The translations under genes and the position numbers were made by a program. A stretch of DNA of 64,000 bases from Acidobacteriota bacterium (GTDB taxonomy: Bacteria; Acidobacteriota; UBA6911; RPQK01; JAJDTT01): NCBI GenBank assembly GCA_965263035.1, contig OZ253580.1, forward strand, positions 32,001 to 96,000, read 5' to 3'. Below, piece by piece: positions 1 through 10,716 of the stretch; the first letter of the stretch is position 1; every line of letters begins with the position of its first letter. A model generated the notes under the pieces. It made no database searches and had not been told where the DNA came from. It was given only the letters and a program-made list of their open reading frames with translations.

Positions 1-5
1 TGTTC

Positions 6-173
6 TTATCGTAGGCCCGTTGGAGTGAAGAACATGACGCTGTAGCAAAGCACGTCGAGCGGCTCCCAGCCGTGATCTTCGGCGAAGCGCTCCACGGCCT
101 CGACCATCTGGGGCGGGAACACCTCGTTTTCCGGGTCTACTTCAGGCGGGAAACCCCACACGGCCAAGAGCAT
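6..173 (-). CDS. small hypothetical protein (55 aa, MLLAVWGFPPEVDPENE...)
   Basis: Hand-translated; AGGGAG RBS-like motif upstream of the ATG at 173; no recognisable family. Confidence 0.3.
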   Translation of the reverse strand: MLLAVWGFPPEVDPENEVFPPQMVEAVERFAEDHGWEPLDVLCYSVMFFTPTGLR

Positions 174-497
174 CCTGTAACTCCCTATCGTTCGCTTTGT
201 TGAGCGTGTCCCGATTCGTCATGTCCTTCCCCCCCAGACCCCCTCTTCCATCCCAAAACCAACTCCAAATGCGGACCGAAGACGGACCAACCCACTCCCC
301 ATCCACAGGGGATCCATCCAGGGCCTACCCCCCCCCGTGGAAAATCAGAGATTTCCCACCGGGTGCTACGGCGCGCTTCATAGGCCAACGAGAACCGAAG
401 ACCAACAAATTAAACTCTCCAAGAGAAAGAAAGTCCGGACCCGAGCACTGTCAAAAGTTTGGACGATTTCAGCCCAAAAACCGGCCCGGCCCCAGGA

Positions 498-1271
498 CTA
501 ACCTGTGTAGTTCATGTAACACCCCGAAAGAGCGGAGCGTCCCGGTGGACAATATGGTGGACGGATCACCCTGACACCCCGTGCAGGCGAGCCAGAGAGC
601 GTATCGAGGCTCCGCTTAGCCAAGCCTGGACGGGGGATGGCCTGGTCGCGATCCTGCGTCCGCTTACGGCGGGTCTGGCCGCTTCTAATGCCCCGCTCCC
701 GGCCCCAGTTCGTCCGCTCCGCATCACCCGGGGCCCCGAACTGACCCCGCTTGATCCACTTGCGCCGGTAGCGCTCTACCGATCGCGAGATCCCGGCGAC
801 TTCCGGCGGGTCCAGAGGGACCAGAAAGGCGTCATTGATCCGGTGGGCCTCGTTAAAGACCGGCAGGCCGAGGTTCGTTGGGGAACCAGCCCACTTCATG
901 CAGTGGCAGAAGACGTCGCAGTTCCGGCCCGCCGCCGTGCGGCTCACCTTTGGCCTGCGCCAGCGGAAAGGGATGTAATCACCCAGCTCGCCCAGGGTGT
1001 ACGGCTTCCGGCGGAGCCAATGCGTCTTGAAGCCCCGGAGCTGGGCGTCCTCCATGGGATTGTGTGTCAGGACGCCCGTATAACCCGCGTCGGCTCCCAA
1101 CACGGCGGCGTGATACTCGGAGATGCGGGCCCAGCGCCGCAAAGACGATACCCGCGCATCATCACCACTGTGGACCGGAGTCGCCAGCGTCCAGACCCCA
1201 TGAATCCCGCCCGCCGCCCAGTAGACTGCGCACACCTTCCACAGCGGGCCGGGACTTTTGCACGCATAAAC
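498..1271 (-). pseudogene. truncated plasmid replicase (ColE2-type Replicase + PriCT-like), cut by IS3 element
   Basis: Motifs HGVWTLATPVH...GADAGYTGVLTHNP and GRNCDVF resemble the Replicase/PriCT family; N-terminus missing at the IS3 left end. Confidence 0.6.
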
Positions 1272-3055
1272 TGGAGTTGACCCGCTTTCGTGGACACATC
1301 CAAAGTAGGGGAGTAAGGAGGGATCCACGATGGCAAGAAAGCAGAGACGGTATCCGCCGGAGTTCCGGCGGGAGATCGTAGGGCTGGTGCGCTCGGGGCG
1401 ATCGCCGGAGGCACTGGCGGGGGAGTTCGAGCCCTCGGCTTCGGCGATCCGGAAGTGGGTCAAGCAGGCCGATCTGGACGAGGGGCACCGGAGCGACGGG
1501 TTGACGACGTTCGAGCGCCAGGAGTTGCGTCAGGCGAGGCGGGAGATCAAGCGCCTGCGGATGGAGCGGGACATCCTAAAAAAAGCCGCGGCTTGGTTCG
1601 CCCGGGAGAGCGACTCGATCCCAGGAAAGGATTCGAGTTCGTAAAGGCGCACCGGGCCCAGTTTCCGATTCGGGTGATGTGCCGCGTGTTGGGTCTCTCC
1701 CCCAGTGGGTACTACGCCTGGTTGAAACGTCTGCCCTCGAATCGAGCTCGCCAGGACCAGGCGCTTCGGGAAAAGATCGTGCAGATCTGGAACGAGAACC
1801 GGAGAGTTTACGGTCGGCCTCGTCTGCATGCCGAACTGAGAGCTCGAGGGGAACGGACGAGCCCGAAGCGTGTCGGTCGATTGATGCGGGAAGCCGGGAT
1901 TCAGGGGGCGAGCCGGAGACACCGGAAGGCCGGGCTCACCCGGAGGGACCGGGAGGCCCGTCCAGCACCGGACTTGGTGAACCGGAACTTCGCGGCTGAG
2001 GGACCGGATCAGCTCTGGGTGGCGGACCTGACGTATGTCCGCACGAAGGCGGGCTGGTTGTATGTGGCCGTGGTCCTGGACGCTTGGAGCCGCTTGGTCG
2101 TGGGCTGGGCGATGGAGACCCATCTGCGGTCCGAACTGGTCGAGAAGGCGCTCGCCATGGCGGTGATACGGCGGCAGCCGAAGCAGGTGATCCACCACTC
2201 GGACCAAGGGGCGCAGTACACCTCGACTGCCTTCGGGAAGAGATGCCGGGAGGCCGGGGTGCGGCCGTCGATGGGCTCGGTGGGGGACGCTTACGACAAC
2301 GCCATGTGCGAGAGCTTCTTCGCGACGCTGGAGTGCGAGTTGCTGGACCGTCACCAGTTCCGGAATCCGAATCAGGCGAGGCGGGCCGTCTTCGACTTCA
2401 TTGAGGGATTCTACAACCGGCGCCGCCGACACTCGGCGCTGGGCTACGAGTCGCCGGTCCGCTACGAGCAGCAGGCAGCGTAGGACCCACGGCGTCGTCG
2501 AAACTCGATCCGGACGACGAGATCCTCGATTCGTGCTCTCGCCGAGTGCAGTGATGACCTGCTGGGGTCGTCTTTCCTGCCTCCAATGCCGGTCCTGCGG
2601 GCCGGGAGGCTCAGAAGGACTGACGCCGCCTCACGAACCGGTTCGTTTTCGCGCTGCTCGACCACGAAGCCAGCACCATCACCGTCGCACCAAGCGTCGC
2701 GCGCGACACGATTGAAGAGGGCAGGGGGGCGCTGCCCCCCTGAGACCCCCGGATGCAAAGAGATACACACCACTCTTAAATCCCTGGAAAGAGAGCGCCG
2801 AGGCCCCCTCGTTACGCGGTATCCCATTGTGGAAAATCAGAGATTTCCCACAACGTGAGCCCTTTTGCTGACGCCTCCATCAGTCCCCCCCCAAAGAAGA
2901 AAGAACGCTCTGTCAATGGTCAACACCCTGACATTTTCTATGGCCATTGACATTCAGCGGGAGGAAGTCTTGCTCCCCAACGACAGAAGGAGTATTACAA
3001 CCTAGACCAACGTAAACCGCACTAATAAATCGTCCACGAAAACGGGACACCTTCA
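1272..3055 (+). mobile_element. IS3-family insertion sequence, 1784 bp, with an unusually long 3' non-coding end
   Basis: TIRs TGGAGTTGACCCGCTTTCGTGGAC (1272) and rc TGAAGGTGTCCCGTTTTCGTGGAC (3055), 20/24 match; AAAC duplicated at 1268-1271 and 3056-3059. Confidence 0.88.
1330..2483 (+). CDS. IS3-family transposase OrfA (1330-1644) / OrfB, -1 programmed frameshift
   Basis: OrfA HTH (RRYPPEFRREIV); A7G slippery site at 1578-1585; OrfB DDE core WVADLTY, HHSDQGAQY, DNAMCESFF. Confidence 0.93.
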
Positions 3056-3157
3056 AAACACCCTCACACTCTTTAAGACAGGAAGTTAGTTACAAGAAGT
3101 AATCCCGGCGGGCTGTGGAAACCGAAGGAGGGGGAACGGTGGCTAATGGACCCCTAG

Positions 3158-3266
3158 GAGGCTGTCCGAGAACTCGAAAAATCATAGTCTTTAAAAACTT
3201 AAACCTTTATAAATCAATAGTTTACAAACAAGACTGTTTGAAAAAAGTCTATTCTCGGACAGCCTC
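3158..3266. mobile_element. MITE, 109 bp
   Basis: TIR GAGGCTGTCCGAGAA / TTCTCGGACAGCCTC, CTAG on both flanks, AT-rich core; sister copy at 63175-63281. Confidence 0.8.
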
Positions 3267-3379
3267 CTAGGGCCGTGCTACTGGCCGAAAGGGACGCGGC
3301 AAGGCGGGATTCCAGACTCCGGGCGCGGTTCCTGAGCTACCGATTGAACGCTCCGGCAAGGGACGAATCCGCCGTCTTG

Positions 3380-3895
3380 TTACAGGTTGCGGACTGGAAA
3401 CGGACTCTCGTCCGTACTCTCCCGGAACGTGACGGCGCTCCGGCCGTCCTCCTGGTCGTTGGTCAGGGTGCCCAGGTGCCATTTCCCGAAGTGCCCCGTC
3501 GTGTAGCCTCTCTGCTTCAGCATTTCCGCGAGAGTGACTTCCTGGTCGCGGATGTGACCGGTGTTGGCAAACGGGATCCCGTACCGGTAGGGATGGCGCC
3601 CGGTCAGCGCGCTGCCTCGGGTCGGCGAACACACCGGTGCTGCCGAATAGAACCGGTCGAAGCGAAGTCCGGCCGCGCTCATCCCATCGAGGTTCGGCGT
3701 CTTGAGGAACGGATGGAACGGATGCCCGTTGTAGCCGGTGTCGCCCCATCCCTGGTCGTCGGACATGCACAGGATCACGTTCGGCGTCGTGGGCGGTTCT
3801 CCGGGGCCGGTGGCCGACACGCACCCCGCAAGGGGAACTGCGGCGACGGCCAGCGAGCCGTGCAGGAACTCCCGGCGGCTCGGTCTGTCTGCCAT
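3380..3895 (-). pseudogene. C-terminally truncated Tat-exported arylsulfatase
   Basis: SRREFL Tat signal, [23 protein letters not shown] (CxPxR) and GKWHLG, but stops at 171 aa. Confidence 0.8.
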
Positions 3896-3946
3896 CCCGG
3901 TTCCCTCTTCCTACCGTCTCGGCGACTCGAATGGAGATCGCGGCGG

Positions 3947-5410
3947 TCAGCGGTGGACGGCCGGAGCGTCGGCCGAACTCTCATCAATCGACGCGATCCC
4001 TGTGGACGCGCCGAAGCAATAGAGCCGGCTTGTCGTTCGAATGAGGAGACACCCGCCGGCAATCGCCGGCGTCGCGTACACGTCCTCGTTCAAGTCGTTC
4101 GTCTGCAGCACCTTCCAGTCCGGACCGGGCTCGAGCACGACGGCTTTTCCGGCGTCGCTCACCATGTAGATCTTGCCGTCTCCAGCCACGGGCGAGGCGT
4201 AGAAGCCGTCGAGCGCATCCTGCAGCCTGCCCTGCTTGAGAACCTTTCCGCTGGCCGGATCCAACGCCGTCACGATGCCGCCGTTGCGCACCAGGTAGAG
4301 CACGCCGCGATAGAGGATCGGCGAAGCCACATCGGGGAGCGACTTCTGATGGCGCCAGATCAGGTGAGACTTGGTCACGTTCCCCCGGCCACCGAGGCGG
4401 ATTGCCATGCAGCCGTTCTCGGAGACCCGGCGGGCCCGGTAGTGCTCCCAATCCCGTGCGTTCATGGTGCCGTTCTTGTTCCGGTCGTGCATCTCCCAAC
4501 TGCCGGGCAGCCATTCTGCGGGGATCTCCTGCTTGGTCAGTTCCGAATCGCCGTTCGTGTCGAACCGGTCGCGCATCTCCTCGAACGGCAGCAACTCTAG
4601 GCGAGCCGTCGGCTCTCCCCCGGGAGCCCACCCATTGAAATAGAGCCGGTCCCCGTCAACAACAGGTACGGACTTGACCTGGTAGGTCAGTCCGTCGAGC
4701 CGCCAGAGTTCGCGGCCGTCTGCGGCGTAGCCGGTCATACGGTACGAGCCCGGCACGATGATCTCGGGGCTTCCCTGTCCCCGGTCGTGGACGACGGGCG
4801 TGGAGAAGCTGTGCACGACGTCGGGGCGCGCCTGCTTCCAGAGAATTTCGCCGTCGGCCGGGTCCACGGCGATGACGAAGGCGTCGAGGTCCTGGTCGCA
4901 GACTTGGACGAGCTTGCCGTCGACCAGGATCGGGGACGCCCCCATGCCGTGGAAATTGGTGAACGGTCCCAGCGGCCGCGTCCAGAGCTCGGTTCCGTCC
5001 GCGCCGTAGGCGACGAGACCGTACCCGCCGAAGAACGCGTAGACGTTCGTCCCGTCGGTGACCGGAGTCGGCGCGGCCTCGTCGTTCAGACGGTGCATTT
5101 TCTCGGTTCTTGTGGAGGGCGCGGCCCGGCGCCAGATCTCCTTGCCGGTCGAGCGGTCGAGGGCCATGGTGAGAAGCTTTCCGTCGTGGTGTGCCGTCAG
5201 GAAGATTCTGGTTTCCGTAACGATCGGTGAGGACTTGCCCGGAGGCAGACTCGTTTCCCAGATCACGTTGGAGCCGGGTCCGAAGACCGCGGGCAGCGGG
5301 CCCTCTTCAGCGACGCCGGTTCCGTTCGGCCCGCGGAACCGCGTCCAGTCCGACGCGATTGCGACGCAGGTGAAAACCAGCAAAGACAGGACTGACTTGG
5401 CCAACGGCAT
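3947..5410 (-). CDS. PQQ-binding-like beta-propeller protein (BamB-like), secreted
   Basis: Signal peptide, DWTRFRGPNGTG, repeated SSP/TP..W blades, EF-hand-like DTNGDSEL insert. Confidence 0.85.
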   Translation of the reverse strand: MPLAKSVLSLLVFTCVAIASDWTRFRGPNGTGVAEEGPLPAVFGPGSNVIWETSLPPGKSSPIVTETRIFLTAHHDGKLLTMALDRSTGKEIWRRAAPSTRTEKMHRLNDEAAPTPVTDGTNVYAFFGGYGLVAYGADGTELWTRPLGPFTNFHGMGASPILVDGKLVQVCDQDLDAFVIAVDPADGEILWKQARPDVVHSFSTPVVHDRGQGSPEIIVPGSYRMTGYAADGRELWRLDGLTYQVKSVPVVDGDRLYFNGWAPGGEPTARLELLPFEEMRDRFDTNGDSELTKQEIPAEWLPGSWEMHDRNKNGTMNARDWEHYRARRVSENGCMAIRLGGRGNVTKSHLIWRHQKSLPDVASPILYRGVLYLVRNGGIVTALDPASGKVLKQGRLQDALDGFYASPVAGDGKIYMVSDAGKAVVLEPGPDWKVLQTNDLNEDVYATPAIAGGCLLIRTTSRLYCFGASTGIASIDESSADAPAVHR

Positions 5411-5450
5411 GGCTAAAGACTACCCGATTTCGACAGACCATGGTCCGGAA

Positions 5451-5527
5451 GGAGGGGCGATTTCCAATCGCCCATTCCCCGCTTACCCAACTCTCCTCCG
5501 GTGTTCGGCGGCTGGAAACCGCCGCTC
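5451..5527. repeat. REP-like composite palindrome forming the intron 5' exon
   Basis: GGAGGGGCGATTTCCAATCGCCC and CGGCGGCTGGAAACCGCCG hairpins; homologues at 41695-41810 and (rc) near 58088-58115. Confidence 0.7.
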
Positions 5528-6157
5528 GTGCGCCCGACATGGGCTGTATCTAAGGGATGAAAGATCCCAAGGGAGGTGATGGGACCAACCCTAGCCGAAC
5601 CGCAAGGCGTAGCCGCGAGGTGAAGCTGAAGGAAGCGGAAGGCAAACCCACGACCGCAGGAACACGAACCGGCAGTGAGGCCGGGTGCGGGCGGTGAGCT
5701 GGCGAGCAACAGCGAAACCCGAACCCCATCCAGACGCATCAGGTAGAGCCGGGCGGCCCGGGGGGAAAGATGCAGCACCTTACTCGGGGAGATCTCAAGG
5801 GTGAGAGCCCTTGAGAAGTCAGCAGAGGTCGTAGTAGCGAAGAAGCTGGGTAATGCCGGTGGAGCGAAGGACCGAAGGAGTCGGACTGGCCCTATGGTGG
5901 ACTCGTCAGCGGGATCGCAACTACCTCCGAAAACGGGCCGTGGGGAGGCCCCTCGGACCCGGCATGGAAGGCCCACGGGTGGAGCCCGGCAAGCCGGAAG
6001 GGCGGAGATCAAGTCTCAGCGGCGGCGGAAACCGGAAAGAAAGGCCCTGTACGAGGCTCGAAAGAGCCTCGGGTGACTCCAACCGCCGGATACTGAAAAC
6101 GGTATGTCCGGTGGTGTGGGAGGGTGCAGGGGCGCAATCCCCTGCACTCGACCCGAT
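5528..6157 (+). ncRNA. group IIC intron ribozyme, ORF-less (630 nt)
   Basis: 5' GTGCGCCCG; short domain V with CGC triad (AACCGCCGGATACTGAAAACGGTATGTCCGGTGG); DVI ends CCCGAT; inserted right after a hairpin; no RT ORF. Confidence 0.9.
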
Positions 6158-6419
6158 CGGCTCGGCGGTTGGAAATCGTTGCTCCAATCCTTGGAGAACA
6201 CCGACGGGCCGGCAGCGCATTGACAGCGTCATCGCGGTGTACGGCCGGACCTGCATCCCGGCGGACTTCATAGCTCCCCGGTCACATACGGGCTAGAATG
6301 CTCCCTTGGCGCATTTGGTCCGGCGAGCCGGGTCCCGGTTACGGGGGACGGTCACCACGGAAGGATTCCGAGGCGGGATTGCCGAAGCCAAAGGCTCAAC
6401 GATCTGCGGAGGATCCGTG

Positions 6420-8927
6420 ATGATGACGAATACCCGTTGGCTTGTGGCCCCGATCTTGGTCTGCCTGTGCCTGTCACAGAATGTGCGTTCCCAGGACTCG
6501 CCCACTCCGGTGGATCTGACTCCCTATCTCGTGCAGCCGAAAGCACAGGAATCGGGTCCGTCCGGATTCCAGTTGGCGTTCGCCGGCGAGGCCAGTCACC
6601 GGCTCCAGTTCCAGTATGGAGCCGAGGAGGCCGTCGAGCTGCAGGTGTCGGTGGGGTACCCGGCGGGAGGAGCTCGAACCCTGCGTCAGCTTCTGGACCC
6701 GGGTGCGGAAGGCCGTGAGGTCGGTTTCGATCTGGGGCCCCTGCTGGCCCACGGACCCTATCGTCCGATCCCCGCCTACACTCGCAAGGGTCCCCAGGCG
6801 AAGACTTGGCGTCCCTTGCGCACCGGCTGGTGGGTCGATACCCAGGATCCGGGCAAATATCTCGTGACCGTCATGGGAAGACGGGTGCGGGACGGCCAGA
6901 CCCTGTTTACGACCGACCTTCGGATCCCGGTCCAGAACTGGGTGGGGGCAGATCTGGACCGCTTGGCCTACATCGACGACAACGCGGCCGAGGCGGAGCT
7001 CTGGCTGGAGAAAGGCGCACCCGTCACGGAGCTGCCGGTCGAAGTGGATCTCGTGGAAGCCCGGACCGGCAGCCGGCGATCCTCCTCCACTCCGGTCCGC
7101 CTGACCCGGGACAAGATCCGGGTGGCCTTCGACCTGAGGGACCTGGAGTCAGCGACCTATCACGTTCGGGTCCGGCCTCGTATCGACGGCCGTCTCTGGG
7201 ACGACGGTGTCCGCCGGGCTCTCTACGTGTTCCGGAACGGGCCGCCGCCAAAACCGGAGCCACCTATCGAGATTCCGGTGGCTCCCCAGTTGTTCCTGGA
7301 CGACTTCCTGATCGATGAGCAGCGGAATCTCCAGAGGGTCTTCCATCCGGCTCGCAAGCTGGATGCTCAACCGATTGTCCGGGCGGACCGGCCCTGGGAG
7401 GGGCACGCGGTCATGGTGCCCAAGGGCTCGAGATACGAATTCAACGAGAAGCAGAACCGTTACGAACTGGAATACATTAGCCTGAGCCGCTATCGGTTGC
7501 TGGCCGTCTCCAGTGACGGAGTGCGTTGGACCAAGCCGGATCTGGGCCTGGTGGAGTTCGAGGGATCCCGGGCCAACAACATTCTGGAGATCGTTCCCCG
7601 CGGGAGCAACGTGGAAGCGGACGGCCGCTTCGGGGGACTGTGGGATTACAGGACTCGCGGGGTGCCTGATCTCCGGACCGCCAGCATGGTCTACACCCCC
7701 AAGACCGAAGACATGTTCTTCCTCCGGGGGACGTACCTGGTGGTCCGGGACTCGGACGGTGTCCGGTATCTCACCACGGAACGGCCCTTCATGCGGCATC
7801 ACTCGCAGTTGGAGTCGTTGGACAACCCCAACGACAACCTGGGGCCCATGTTCTACGACGAGCGGACGGGTGAGCTGGTGCTGTACTTCGCGCCGCATCC
7901 TCCGGCCAAGGGGCGGGGACTGGTGCGTTACGACAACAAGTGGGCGGTCTCGCGGAACCTGGGACGCATGACCACGCGAGACGGCGTGAACTGGCACCGG
8001 AGCTACATCTGGGCGCCGCCGCGGGAACATCCGAAGCACCAGAGTTACGGAATGCAGCGGGTGAAGCAGATCGGCGACCTGTACGTGGCGTTCTTTCCTC
8101 TCTACGACTGCGGGACGCAGCAGATGGACGTCCATATCTGGGTGAGCCGGAACGGGATTCACTGGGAGGATGTTGGAGGGGACCAAGCCTGGATCCCCAA
8201 CGGACCCGACGGCAGCTTCGATCATGGGATCGTCTACAGCCTCATCGACGGGCCGGTGGAGGGGGACCGGTCCGAGGCCTTCTACCACGGGACGAACACC
8301 CTGCACTTCAACGCCTGGATCCTGAGCCGGTTGAGGGGGGGATTGGATGATCCTCCAGTGCCAGCCTCCAAGATCTTCGACGAGAAGACCTACAACGGGC
8401 GGCCTTATCTGTCGCCGCCGGCGCCGGTGGGGCCGGGGTGGGCCATGTACGACTGCATCTGGAGTTGGCGGCGGCCTCGCTGCAGCCAGACCATGGAGGA
8501 AGTACGGGAAGCCTTCTGGGCCGAGGTGGAGGCGAACACGGGGCAGAATCGAAGCAACCACGTGGAGAAGAGCCGTGAGTACGAGATCGTGCCGTTCCGG
8601 GTGGAGTTTCGCACCAATGGGTTCGCGTCGAGACGGGCCGGGGAGCAGGAGGGCGTGTTGACGACCCATCCCTTGATCTTCCAAGGGAGCCGTCTGACGG
8701 TGAATGCCGCGGCAAGTGTGGGTCGAGTGGCTGTAGAGGTCTTGGACGAATGGGGTAGTCCCCTGCCCGGTTACGGCCGAAAGGAGTGCCGGCTCGAGGC
8801 CTTCGACAGCATTCAGCAGGAGGTCACATGGCGCGGACAATCGACTCTGGATACATTACGAGGCCACCCGGTTCGTCTCCGATTCTACGTTCACAAAGCT
8901 GACATTTACGGATTTCAAATACATTGA
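6420..8927 (+). CDS. secreted protein with a five-bladed beta-propeller glycoside-hydrolase-like domain
   Basis: GGAGG RBS, signal peptide, QLFLDD, S.DG..W Asp-box-like repeats, C-terminal LRFY..ADIYGF; paralogue of 49128-50693. Confidence 0.7.
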   Translation: MMTNTRWLVAPILVCLCLSQNVRSQDSPTPVDLTPYLVQPKAQESGPSGFQLAFAGEASHRLQFQYGAEEAVELQVSVGYPAGGARTLRQLLDPGAEGREVGFDLGPLLAHGPYRPIPAYTRKGPQAKTWRPLRTGWWVDTQDPGKYLVTVMGRRVRDGQTLFTTDLRIPVQNWVGADLDRLAYIDDNAAEAELWLEKGAPVTELPVEVDLVEARTGSRRSSSTPVRLTRDKIRVAFDLRDLESATYHVRVRPRIDGRLWDDGVRRALYVFRNGPPPKPEPPIEIPVAPQLFLDDFLIDEQRNLQRVFHPARKLDAQPIVRADRPWEGHAVMVPKGSRYEFNEKQNRYELEYISLSRYRLLAVSSDGVRWTKPDLGLVEFEGSRANNILEIVPRGSNVEADGRFGGLWDYRTRGVPDLRTASMVYTPKTEDMFFLRGTYLVVRDSDGVRYLTTERPFMRHHSQLESLDNPNDNLGPMFYDERTGELVLYFAPHPPAKGRGLVRYDNKWAVSRNLGRMTTRDGVNWHRSYIWAPPREHPKHQSYGMQRVKQIGDLYVAFFPLYDCGTQQMDVHIWVSRNGIHWEDVGGDQAWIPNGPDGSFDHGIVYSLIDGPVEGDRSEAFYHGTNTLHFNAWILSRLRGGLDDPPVPASKIFDEKTYNGRPYLSPPAPVGPGWAMYDCIWSWRRPRCSQTMEEVREAFWAEVEANTGQNRSNHVEKSREYEIVPFRVEFRTNGFASRRAGEQEGVLTTHPLIFQGSRLTVNAAASVGRVAVEVLDEWGSPLPGYGRKECRLEAFDSIQQEVTWRGQSTLDTLRGHPVRLRFYVHKADIYGFQIH

Positions 8928-9270
8928 CCAGCAGGGTTCATATGGAGCTTCGCCGATAGAGCAGAGGCCGGACCCTGAGGTGCCGCAGATGAGGGAGTGT
9001 CGGTGTGGATAGATTACATATTGTGCTGTGTCACGTCACCGCTTCTTGTATCCTTTTAACGATGGTATTAGACGGGTTGAACCAATCTCAGCAACGAAGA
9101 TCATTACCCTCTTCTAGACACTAGGTCCAACTGCCATTCGCAGGCCCGCATTATGGAACCCAATGCCCCCACATTCCCATCACGCAGAGTTCGAATCTTG
9201 GGAGTACTCACATCAACCATCGTCATCATCCTTGTATAGATACCACAAAATATCATTAAGGTAAGATTCA

Positions 9271-10442
9271 ATGTCTAGTTACACCTCCAATTTCGCCGTC
9301 CGTCTATTCTACAGTTATAGCCACAAAGACAGTCATTTTCGCGACTCTATGGAAGACTCGCTTTCATTGCTCAAACAACGTGGATTGCTCGATGACTGGT
9401 CAGATGTAAAGATTTTACCCGGAGGAAAGATCTCGAAAACCAACAGGAAGAAGATGGATAACGCTGACATCATGGTGTTTCTTCTCAGCCGGAACTTCAT
9501 TGCTTCGACCGAGTGCATGAAGGAATGGGAGTACGCAAAGCGTCGTACTAATGAAAAAGTGCTCGTCCGCATTCCAATAATTCTATCCGATTGTGCGTGG
9601 CTAGATTTGCTTGGGAGCGACGACATCAAAGCATTGCCGCGAGATGGCAAACCTATCATGCGATTTGCCGATGACGGTGGCGCCTGGCAACAGGTATATG
9701 AGGGCATTAAAGTCGTTGTAGACAACTTACGAACAACTTTCACTCCAAAACAGGAATTCTTGGAGATAATGGAGAAAACCGATTTCTTGTCCGTACAACA
9801 CATTAGACTACAGGACATTTTTATATTTTTAAGATTGTCCTGTTACGCACCTCATGCAAGGGGGGAACATCCACCAAAAGAACAGGTTGACACCATAGAG
9901 GAGCTATTAAAGAATAAATATACGATAGTCCACGGTGACGAGATGAGTGGCAAGACAGCTCTCGGGCGCTTTCTGTTTCTTTCTCTGACAAAGGAGTTGG
10001 AACCTGTTCTGCATATAGATTTGCAACATCTTCCTAGACGTCCCCTTCGAGAAGAAACCTTTCGCCATACATATCACCGGCAGTTTAATGGCGATTATTC
10101 TCTCTGGAAGCGACAGCCTTCAAAAACCCTTATATTGGACAACTTGCAGCCAACTCCTCAATTAGTTAAATTTATTGTACTCTCCAAGGATTATTTCGAT
10201 AAAATAATAGTTACTTTATCGTCTGATATATTCAACTCGTTTTTCAGGGACGAAGAGCGTCTGGCCGAATTCTATGAAATGGAAATTGAACCGCTTACTC
10301 ACCGACAGCAAGAGACGTTGATTAGAAATAGACTCCGATTGTCGGATCGTAGCGAAACAATCACCGACGGCGTCGTCGATCAAATAGAAAACCGAGTGAA
10401 TTCCATAATCATTTCTAACAGGATCGTACCACGGTATCCATT
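9271..10442 (+). pseudogene. TIR-domain + P-loop (STAND-like) NTPase, 5' part; split by the IS1595 cargo element
   Basis: TIR motifs LFYSYSHKD and FIASTECMKE (catalytic Glu); Walker A HGDEMSGKT; frame joins 19074-20387 across the TSD (IVPRYP|FYVLSILQ). Confidence 0.88.
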
Positions 10443-10493
10443 GGGGACTACACAGATGTCTAGGCACGCCCAAATGCGCCAAATCAGAGACTA

Positions 10494-10710
10494 TCAATCT
10501 CGCACGAAAGTGCTAGAATAGGAAGAGGGGAGCACAACAACCAAGGGCCACACCATCACAACTGCAAGGCCATCAGTCATCTTAAGGCTCCCCTGCCCCA
10601 TTGCCTACCGAATCAGGTAGAATGGCGGGGAGGGGAGCATAAAAACCAAGGCCGACACTAACACAATTAGATCAGCGGCATCAGTCATCTTAAGGCTCCC
10701 CTCCATCATT
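10494..10710. other. two paralogous stem-closed cassettes: ncRNA (+) and/or 27-28 aa hydrophobic peptides (-)
   Basis: AGGGGAGC...GCTCCCCT closing stems, shared CATCAGTCATCTTAAG, TAGAAT upstream of each; minus-strand ORFs 10494-10580 and 10605-10688 both begin MTD. Confidence 0.55.
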
Positions 10711-10716
10711 TCATTA

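Noticed and set aside
1272-1463. N-terminal part of the 321-aa replicase ORF
   Set aside because: Antisense read-through of the IS3 left end and OrfA.
5413-6296. ORFs overlapping the intron (also 56667-57379) as intron-encoded proteins
   Set aside because: No RT (YADD) or maturase motifs; they are incidental frames over the ribozyme.
10443-10521. C-terminus of the 416-aa TIR ORF
   Set aside because: Read-through into the left TIR, not native sequence.
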